NCBI GenBank assembly: GCA_036172245.1
Contig: JAYWIR010000035.1
Coordinates: 372,001 to 436,000 of the forward strand
Length of the DNA stretch: 64,000 nt
Direction of reading: 5' to 3'
Source of the DNA: Raillietiella orientalis
Lineage: Eukaryota
Part shown: piece after piece, positions 40,669 to 50,600 of the stretch
Numbering within the stretch: position 1 is the stretch's first letter
Layout of the letters: each line of letters starts with the position of its first letter
Translations under genes and position numbers: made by a program
Notes under the pieces: model-generated
Told to the model about the DNA's origin: nothing
The model's database searches: none
The model's input: only the letters and a program-made list of their open reading frames with translations

Positions 40669-41405
40669 GATGGCTGTAATGCAAATAATTGAATTGAGTG
40701 AAAATTTGGCACAGAGACACCTGCAACCTCCAAAGAAGAAACTTTGAAACTATCTAAGGTAATCACTGAAGCACTCAGACCCCACTTCCTCAACAAATAC
40801 TCAAATGACCAATTTGAACTCCGATTTTGGTATGTGCAGTAAAATATTGCTTGTGGGTTGACCTTGAATATGAAACTCACAGTTACCAATAAATCTTCGA
40901 AACATGCTGGATCAAACAAACAATCTGATCCTAATATTATATCAACTGGTCCTAATTCCAAAATATCAGGTGTTATTACACCCCACGTCAAAGGTATAAC
41001 ATCGACTACATCAGTGGTCAGATTTAGTTCACTAGATTTTCGGCATGAAGACAATGATTGGGGGTGCAAAGCACTATCTGTTAAAATAACTTTTGTCGCT
41101 CCACATTTGGCTGCCACAATGCCAGGTAATGATGTCCCTGCTCCTAGTTCGACTACGATTTTATCAAGAAAATAAAGCTGATTGTACCAAACGTATTGCG
41201 CTAATATAATTGCACATGGCCAAGTGTAAAGCCCGTAGCTTGCATCTAAAACCTTTCATACGATACTTTAGATGATAATCTGTGAAGCACTTACCTCAGG
41301 TATGTCTATTTCTAAATCAGCTGTTTTCGTCGCTAGAGTATATTCTTTGCGAAAAGTGAAATGTTTAATTACGTGCTTGCGAAGTTTGTTTTCAGAATCC
41401 GTCAT
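40665..41405 (-). CDS. METTL23: Methyltransferase-like 23 (class I SAM-dependent, family 16), 232 aa; exons 41405-41295 and 41252-40665
   Basis: IPEVLDASYGLYTWPCAIILAQYVW, VELGAGTSLPGIVAAKCGA (motif I), VILTD, LTWG, DIILGSDCLFDP, YQNRSSNWS..LLRKWGL. One 42-nt GTAAGT...AAG intron (41294-41253). Confidence 0.92.
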
Positions 41406-43149
41406 AACCAATTTCGCAGTTTGCGCATTAGAGACTTCATTGTTTCAAACAATATTGGTAGACTTTGTAATTGATGCCAACATTGAAAATTGTTTTTCTA
41501 AATTACTTATTATTTACAAAAATTAATATGCCCCCTTGACGATGCATACTATGACTGTGAAGACGCTTGTGCATGAGTGATTCATTAGTGCCATGTAATT
41601 GTATTTATGTACTATTAGATGATGTTTTTTACTTTAAGTTTAACTCGAAAATTAGCTTTTGGCGCTAAAGAACAATCACGATTCAAAAGATATTTAATTT
41701 CATGTTTTTGGAAAGTATCAAGGATAAAATTCATTTCAAGTTGTAATGATGGTTTTAATTTTTTTCGATTTCTTTAATGATTAAAGTAATAAGAGTTGCT
41801 ATTGCCAGATACCAAATCTTTCCTTCCAGTGCAGCAACTTTTGTGAATAACACTAATGACATATGGGTCTAATGATGTACTAATCATAATTTGCATACAT
41901 AGCAAATGTTTTTTTCCAAGTAATAATCAGCTGACATTAATATTCCTCAGATTCCTTTACTTCAGAGAAACGATCATTTCAATAGATAGGATAACGATTT
42001 TTGTGAATCAGATCCAGTTAAACGTGATAAATTTGTGTTAGAAGAATACTAAATCACAAGAATACTTCGATTTCCTAAGAGTAAAATCCCTAGGTTTATC
42101 AGTGTGTAATTGATGTAAGGTTGCGTTGTGCATATGTTGTTAATCGGTTTAGATAATTCCTGCTGGTTCGTTTCTTATTTGCGCAAAAGAATAAGAGAAT
42201 CGGATTTGACCGCTTTGGTGGAAGATTTTATGGTTGTTATTTCAGAAGATAAAATCACCGTTTATTTGCAATAAATTTATTTTTTGCATGATTCAAGCTC
42301 GGAGTTAACATTAATCGCAAATATTGCTCCTGCTATGGATGATGGAGATCTAATTTGTTTTTCTGAACTATAGTGAGCTGATAGGTAGATAATTGTTCTC
42401 ACTGATGATAACTCTTACATGCAAGAGCTATTGTGTTCTACAAAATATAGCTACCTTATATAATTATGAAATAATAAGTAAAATTCTCTTCAGCAACTTA
42501 TGAAAATGAATTGATTTATATAATTCTGTATAAATTTCTTATATGGAATTTTTAAAAATCACTACCATTTGTGTGGATACAATTCAACGATCAATTTAAA
42601 GTATAGGCAATCATTTTAACAGAATATAGGAAGCAAAGCACTGAACTGAGAATAATAAAGTATTCAGATAAGTGACAAATCCTCAGTAATGAGCAGTTTA
42701 TTTTTTGTGGTTTTCTAAGGTGTTTCTAAGTTTTTTAAGGTGGTGCTGGTTGTTTCAGATGCGTCATGTATGTGCATGTTACGTACGTTGGTTTGACAAC
42801 ATTCGGCAAAGTCTCACATTTACACACGGAAATGTTTTTATTTTATTAAAGTACACTACAGCCATTTACAGGAGTGAAGAGCTGAAGAGAAGCTTGCTAA
42901 TAGAGTTGAGAACCTTCCTTTCAGCTTCATTTTCATCAAAATGTGAACTTTTCTTCCACATTACCCTACAGTGTGCCATAAAAAGGAAAAACGTGATGAG
43001 AATAATTTATAAATTTTACCATTTTATAAATTTACATTTTTCTAAGTTGAGCATCAGGTGCTGCTCACAAAGCTAAACAGAGCCCAGAAATGGCTGTAGA
43101 AAAAGGAGCTGGTCCAGAGTGCATGGATGCGGATCTTTTAAATAGAGCC

Positions 43150-45600
43150 TAATAAAAGAGCATTTTCGAAATCCCGTACTTTCCGTAGACAGTAGGTGAT
43201 TCAGTGTCAACGTTTAGAAAATTGAGCTCTAAACGATGGCTCTGTATCAAGGAATCATCCGGTTTATTTTGAGGACAGGACGTACAGAGAAGAAACTGTT
43301 TGAAAACAGGTCTGTTTACATTGCTGCAAGAACAGAAAAGTACAACAGAATTCATTTCAAGAGTTGACGATGACAGGGTAATGAGAGAAGAGCATGTCAC
43401 CCACAGAACACACTACAATAGCTTTTTGCTTCAAGATAATGCTTTCCAGGTCCCCAAGATATGAAAAAGAGCACTTTAATGATTTCTTAACCATAAAATT
43501 TATATGAAGGGGAAAGAAAAAAAATCCGCTGTAACTCTGGAGTTGGAAATCCGAACAAGTCTGGAGGCCTCCTCGACTCTTGAAAGCTAGCATCTCTCGT
43601 GCGAAGCTCTCCAGGCCTCAAGGGGCTATTTCTCCAAGGGAAAACACAGAGAAAGGAGGCTCATGTAGGTCACTTTCTAGTTGTTTCCTACCCAAAGTGC
43701 TCAATACAATTTTCATACATTTATTGGGCCGAGATGCACCAAAGCAAATCATGGCGCCCTCACTCAAATTAATAAGCGTCTTCAGGCTTTGGTGCATTCT
43801 ACGATGCTCCAGCGACGAGTCCCCTGGTTCTCACTTTGATAGACCACTACAAACTGATGACTGATGCTCGTCGGTCTTGAGTGGCAAGCCGCTATGTGAC
43901 TGTCGAGATGCAGTTTGCTTGCGTTATCATGCGTGACATATTGTGCGACCATTGTTCCCGCTGTGATGCAGGACGATGGCAAGGCATCATCCACGAGTGA
44001 ACTCTGAGCTCATCCACGAACACGAGTTTGCTGACTCTCGACAGCCGATGCAGAACACGCAGCGTGGTTGCCACTGTTGCGTTGAGTCCAGTACCACTTC
44101 TTTGGTGAGGCTCATAAGTACTGGATAAGCCATTACTGAGGTCGTGACCTGTCCGTCCCTCGGCAGAGGGTGAAATCTCGCTTCCCTTTTTATTGTTTAA
44201 ATGCCCATCGTTCTGAGTAATCCTGGTTTCAATGAGTCGAATAGGGAAGAGCTCATTTGAAAGCGACGATGTAGGGCAGTGGTATTGAAGAGAGGATGTG
44301 CCACGCTTAAGAGAGGGGCAGCGTTTGGTTTCCTCTTTTGCTCGTGGGTCTTCTCATCCCGGATATTCTTTATCTGCAATGAATAAAGCAAATTGGTACA
44401 GTCGGAGAAGGGTCGACACATACCGGCCCTTCACCAAAAGGACTACGCTCGTAGGGGACAGGACTAGGAAGGAGTGGAGGGTGAGGAGAAAGGGAAAGCG
44501 AATGAGTAAATAAATAGGGGGTGAGGTGGACCGACCCCACAGTATTTCATGTGATTCCCGAGAGTCGGTGTCGGTCAGGGAAGGAATGTAAGGGAAGGGA
44601 TGTACCCCTCTCATTGGTTTTGGGTGAGCCTGCCCACAATCGTCCGAAGTTCCTCTGTACCTCGCTTCCCAGATTGGGCCCATTTCATCGCCCTTCGCAT
44701 GTAGGCGATAGTGATCGCCAACGGCTCTTGGAGATGACGGTCACACTCTTCCTCCCTCCATTTTGGCGGTTACCGTTGCTCGTGAATGGCAGGGAATCGC
44801 CAGCGACGAGGCAACTGACGAACCTGGAGGAGCGAACATTCGTCCACATAGGTCTTCAGGGGTGGCGTCTTGGAACTGAAGTGCCTCAGCGATTCGCCCT
44901 TATCTCTGACGCAGCAGCCTCCCGCATTCCCGCAGTACGTGCGGGAGTGTCTCGACTGTCCCTCAGTGAGGGCATTCCTTGGACACCCTGCCCGCTGAGG
45001 GGTGGTGGCGTTCCTCGGTTCGGGGGAGTGTACCAACAAACGTTGACTAAAGAAGCCTGGGATCTCGAAATTCCCCCGAGAAATTCCCAGAGACTCCATC
45101 CATGCCGCTCGTGGGCGTGGTGGGGGTGAGGGGTGGGGGGAGTTGTGCTGCACGGGCGGATCGCTTTTCGAAGCACTGAGGTCCCGAGGACGCGGCTGAA
45201 AGGGTAGTCTACAGGGTAGCGAGATGTGCGTACCGGGGTTGTAGGAAGGGGTCAGGAAGATGGAACTGATGGGCAGCAGCGGAACATGCAGGACGACGCG
45301 CCAAAGGGAGCAGTCATGAAGCGGGGGAGGGAGGATGAAAGCTGGGGTCCAGATGGCTCCCTACGTGGAAGTGAGACGACCATCCAGTTCTCCTTGGGAA
45401 TGAGGCCTCGGCGAACCCGAGGTCGATCCTTCTTGCTAGTTCGTAGCTCACTCAAGGACCGTTGTGTGCGTGTGTGTGATGGAGTAGAGATGCACTCTGG
45501 AGACTTCCTTGAGTCCATCGCAGGCTTCTTTGCAGGCACGTCCTTTTTGCCACGGGGTTCGTTTCCGCTTCCAATCTCGAAGAAATCTCAGTAGATCGAA
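43150..45600 (-). mobile_element. Decayed APE-type LINE retrotransposon (ORF1-EN-RT order), many frameshifts
   Basis: GC-rich island. Minus-strand remnants in LINE order: a Cys-containing ORF1-like piece (~45.3-45.5 kb), LQEP endonuclease-like motif (~44.73 kb), KKWYW (~44.1 kb), PGD and RP...VLSTLGRKQLE (RT 'RPISLLSTLGK.LE'-like, ~43.7 kb), then DF. Clade not determined. Confidence 0.55.
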
Positions 45601-47380
45601 GGAAACCTAGAAAGAGTACGATGATGAATTTTTACCTTGATATCTGTTACAGGGAATATTAAATGTCCAACAATGTGATGCTATAAAATACTAGTATTAC
45701 GTTTCAGAACACTATCAAATACTTATCCTACCTCTCCTTTCTAAGGAAGGTTAATACAGTCAGACAATGTTGGACAAACAAGGTCGGTAAAGGCAAGATG
45801 TTTTACTCAGCTTTCAAGAAATGTGACACTTGTGCAACAGATCTTGTTTGCTAGAATGTTACGTTTAACAAACTCGTTTGCATTGTAGAATTATTGGAAT
45901 GGAACATACTATCACGTATTTGCAAGCCCAGAAAGAACTATATACAAGTTCTTGAACAGAAAACATCTCATCACGACCTATAAATGATAACCTTTTATCA
46001 GGAAAAGCTTGGTTATGTTGCACTTTCAAGAAGCTGAGTAAGGTCAGTGCTTCATTACAAGGAGGCAATAAAATTCAGTGATGCAACATGATTTAAGTAG
46101 GCCAAATTGGATATTACTAATACAGAAGGGTTTATCCAAAAGCCTTTGAGAGCATCGTAGAATGATACTCATGTCCTTTGCAAGAATACTTTGAAAATTT
46201 ATGTTTCCCTCTTGAAGTGCAATATTCCAATGAGGTAGATCACTTCATTTCTTCTGTGCGTCAACGGTACAGTTTCTTGAAGATTGTCTTGAAATCGAAA
46301 TTTGCAAATGAATCTTTTATGAGAGCTATGATCACGTCGGATAAGAATAAAGTCAAGCAGTTTTCTAACAATAATTTCAGCAGCCTATCTGATACGGAGC
46401 CACAGCTGTTAAAGAAACCAAATGCTACAAGAAAGATCCAACAAAATATTGGGCTCTTCGGCTAATTGCAATACATGACTGAAGTTGGATGAATTTTTCA
46501 GTTCTGACAGGTATGCTGTCTTCAGCCTTCGTTCCATCACTTAGATATCATTCATGATTTTCCTTTAATCCGTTATAATCAGTAAGCTTGAAAGTTCATC
46601 ATGATTCGTTTGCTGAATCAAGTAAGGTGGATTTTCTGAAAGAGAAGTAGATTAACTTAAGTGAAATTAACTCATTCATGCAACAACATGAACTTCGTGA
46701 TCAACATAATTTGCAGGTCAGTTTTATGATTACATATGTGTAGTGATAGGATGAAATGAATTGTAAAAGTGGTTCCGATAGAAAAAATGGCCTTTTGTCA
46801 GAACGTTACTTTTAACTAACCTGTTTATTATTATCAGTCAAACCTGCTAAATAATTTCATCAGTTGAATAAAAACATTTCCAAATTAGGAAATGTATATA
46901 CTAGAGACGTGTAGATGGTTAGATGGTTCCAGCCAACCTTAATTCTCAGGAGCTGTTGGCAATTCTTCCGAAGTGATTTTTTTCAATGCCTGCTTTCCCA
47001 CTAAGGACTTTGTGATTACACTCAACGGTCTCTTATGATAAGTAACTAAAGGGTAGCAGTTTAGAATAGAGATTGAATTTGGTCTGAAATCCATGCAACA
47101 AATTCTGCATGCGTTTTTTGCTATCGTGATTTCAGACATAGGTTTCAGACTATTTATGTATCAGTTAAGGTAATCTGCAATCATAAGAAGTATACAAGGA
47201 TGTACAAATTGTGTTCTGCCTCTTCGCATGAAATAGGCTGCCGAGTTGTAGATGATTTACATTTTACCCAAAGTGTTGTGAGTAACCATTTCTTTATCAC
47301 TGATTTCCCATCATTGCACTTGGGGACGCTCTCGTTCATCTGTTCAAACTATGTACAGCCTTGTTACAATACTAGCACAG

Positions 47381-47453
47381 GGGCCTGTGGCGCAATGGAT
47401 AACGCGTCTGACTACGGATCAGAAGATTCCAGGTTCGAATCCTGGCAGGCTCG
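47381..47453 (+). tRNA. tRNA-Arg (anticodon ACG), intronless
   Basis: GGGCCTG/CAGGCTC acceptor stem, A box TGGCGCAATGG, anticodon arm TCTGA-CTACGGA-TCAGA, B box GGTTCGAATCC, followed by a T-run (aagttttt) as Pol III terminator. Confidence 0.97.
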
Positions 47454-47624
47454 AAGTTTTACCGTTCTGCTAAGCCCTATGCGTATACCCTTCGTACGAC
47501 TCAACGTCAGACTGTGCGACACCGAGCAGCTCAACAAACAAATGCACGTGAGAAATACTCCGATTGGCAGCCATTTTGAGGGAGGCATGGCAGCACCAAG
47601 CCGTACGCTCACTTTTTGGCTCAA

Positions 47625-47690
47625 GCGCAGCGCAAGGGAGGGTTGTTTGCCCTTTTGTTGCGCAGAGCAGGCGAGGGTTGTTTGCCCTGC
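47625..47690. repeat. Two-copy tandem repeat, 35-bp period
   Basis: gcgcagcgcaagggagggttgtttgccct (from 47625) and gcgcagagcaggcgagggttgtttgccct (from 47660); the 16-bp core gagggttgtttgccct is identical. Confidence 0.85.
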
Positions 47691-50600
47691 TAAATAAGAA
47701 CCCGCCGCTGAAAGCACAAGTTGAATTTTAATCATCCGAGAACAAGCAGCAGATGGCGAAGGAGCAGCTCCAAGAAGGTGGTGCTTCACACCGCGGGACG
47801 TTTCTTGCTTCCTGGAGATGCCTGGACCAGGTCCCTACAACGCCCAAGTCCCCAGACGCCCAGGAGTCACTTGAAGCACCGGCGCGTGGGATCCTCAGGA
47901 GAATCCAGTCCGACCGTTCGGCCCACGCCTAACCCACTGGCACCACGGGCGGCTTCGCCCTGCCCACCATCGGGGCTGACCCGCTGCTGAGCAACTCGAG
48001 ATCATCCAAGCTTTTTGCCTTCTACATTTATACATATTTACTCTCCGCGTAAGTGTGTGCTCGGATACACGGCTACATCCCTTAAGATAAGTCGGATACT
48101 GCGCTGGCTTGATACATTCAGGCCAAATACGCACACACATATACTTAGGTACTGATTTCTTCAAGCATTCGTGAATGTAAATCGATTCTTTTTCGCTTGA
48201 CTTACTCTTATTACTCAGTGGCTGGAAGAAATAATACTTCGTTACTGTCACTATGTCCACAGAGAATAATAGCGAGATTCGATGCACGGTGCATTCACAT
48301 TAGATCCATGTCCTTTCTTGGGCTTTAAATGCACCGTCTCAGGAACTTGGATCTGTACTTGGACCGTTGCAGCCACTACGAAGGTCATCAACTTCGTGCT
48401 CCCGGTTTAATTATAATCTTTCATTAATGAACGGCGTGATTAAGATGGAGATGAATCACGGACCTCTTGTTGCTGTTCTTTAAGTGGCACGCCAATGGCT
48501 GATTTCTGTTTTGGAGTTTCATTTCTTCGGCCTTTGTTCAGTTTAATGTAAGCAGGAAAATTTCGATGTACAGAATTCCCATTCCGATCAAGCAGCTGGA
48601 CAGCAATAGTCTTCTTTTATTGCTGGGGACATGACGAGGGTCATTCGGTATGTTTGCTCCACAGCTTTTTTTTTGTTTGGTAAAGAGATACAGGAATATT
48701 GATGCTTTATTGCGGTGAATCAAGTAGTGTCTATCTCTTTCTATGGCTTTTTGACAGCTGGAGACAAAAGGACTTGTATTTCTTGTAGGTAAAAGCACCT
48801 GGGATCTATTGGAGCTACATATTCACCTTTTTGCTATTCCGGGAGTTTCGTAGACGAATGGCACTCTTCATTGGTGCCAAACAGATATAAGCCTGAAGAA
48901 AGGAAGTTATTCCCACCCTTCTCAGCGATGTCATTCCGTAGAGCCTCGTGTTCTAGTGTCAGACTTTTCAACTGGATGTGTTGCATTTGCCAATTTATCG
49001 TCTTCACAGTTCTCTCACTGATTCTCAAATTCGGTGAGACCGCTTATTAGCCACACGTTGTTCTTTTCAGATGATTTCATTATGTTGTACTTCGTCGGCA
49101 GTCAAGGTCGAGGTTAGGAGTTTGTTAAGTGGTTCTTCATTCAGGTTGATGTTTCGTCTTCCTAACCATCTCACGCGTCTCCTCTGTCACTCACCTGTGG
49201 CTTCCTTCGAGCATGCAGTTTTCTGGATGTTTGCGAATTTTCCTACCGTCGCCATTGAGAATTCGACCTCAGCTCTGTGTTTGTGACGCCCTTCGCTGTC
49301 ATGCATTTTAAAGAACGTGCCTCTGGGATACGTTCTGAGACTGTATTTTCGAAAGATGGAATGTTCCAAAAAAAAAAATCAATCAACTTTCTCGTGTTTC
49401 TAATACTCTTTGGCAGAGAAGGGGGGAGGGGGAAATGTGGTAAAGCCCACGAAACTAACCCGGCAAACACTAAAGCTCCGTACGAATTTTTTCGGTGCCA
49501 CATCATTGTCCGATGTTCCGAAATTTGCTTTGTCAGTCAAGCTTTTTCTACAGTTTTGGTTCTCTTCCACGATCCTCTGGTCCTCTCGACTTCGTTCTTC
49601 TATGCGAGATTTTCAAATGCTTTATTTTCAGAGATCAGTTTCAAGTTTGGCGATATCGGCATTGAATTTTTAGGTCAACTTGAAGCCAAGAGTCGACCAC
49701 TTCTCGGATTTCAATGATTCAACGTACTCAAGAACGAGCGCACCCGATTCTTTTTTCTTTTTTTTTTAAAAAAATGGATACTTTTGTTTTGTAGATCACT
49801 GATTTATCTTTCCTGAGACTCGAGATAGTCTCCTGATGTATTCGTGCCAACTTGAAATAAGAGCAATACTCCACAATTTCAGCAGAGATGAAGTGGAAAA
49901 AGAGGACGATCCCAATTTTTATCACACTCTACCAAAGAATAAAGTACAGAAATTCTTGTGAAGAGAGCTCAAGTTACGTGACACTTTTTTCCTGGCGTTG
50001 AATAATTAGGACTCTGCAAATAAGACGTATGAAACGAGTTTAACGCGACCGAGAAAAACAAATGTGGGTTTCCAGTGAATATGTGTCATCATCAGAGCAC
50101 GAATTCGACTATGGCAAACCCACCCTAAGAGAAAGTGTCCTTACAAAGAAAAATGTACTTGGGGTACTTTTTGGACTTGCTTGGATTCCAGAGGCCAAAA
50201 TGGGGAACAGTTCTTTATGGGGACTAGAAGACTGTGTTGGGTCGAGTTTGGTAACCTTTCCACACACTAATGTGTGGTATTCTTCAATAAAGGAAGAAAA
50301 TGTTTCAGTGAAACTCTAAGCATTTCCTGGAAAATTCAAGGGTGCATTTCACCCTGTTGATTATCCACAAATGGAATGGGATAGCAGATTCTCCGCTTGT
50401 AGGTCTAGCACAGAGGTTTCCCTACATTTTTTAATTTAGACCGTTCTCGTGACTTTAGTGTTTTCAATCATGCTTTTGCAGGTTTTGTTTTATCTTGCTA
50501 CGTTTATGGATTCTCTTTGGAAATAATTTTTTTTTAAAAAAAAAAAAGTTGTTTGAGCCATGAGCAAGCGTAAACTTCCTTGCATTTCGAAAACACAAAA

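Noticed and set aside
41179..41200. miR-219-like string tgattgtaccaaacg
   Set aside because: Lies antisense within the METTL23 CDS, differs in the seed region and has no hairpin.
44521..45129. 202-aa plus-strand ORF
   Set aside because: Antisense shadow of the GC-rich decayed LINE; no recognisable domain.
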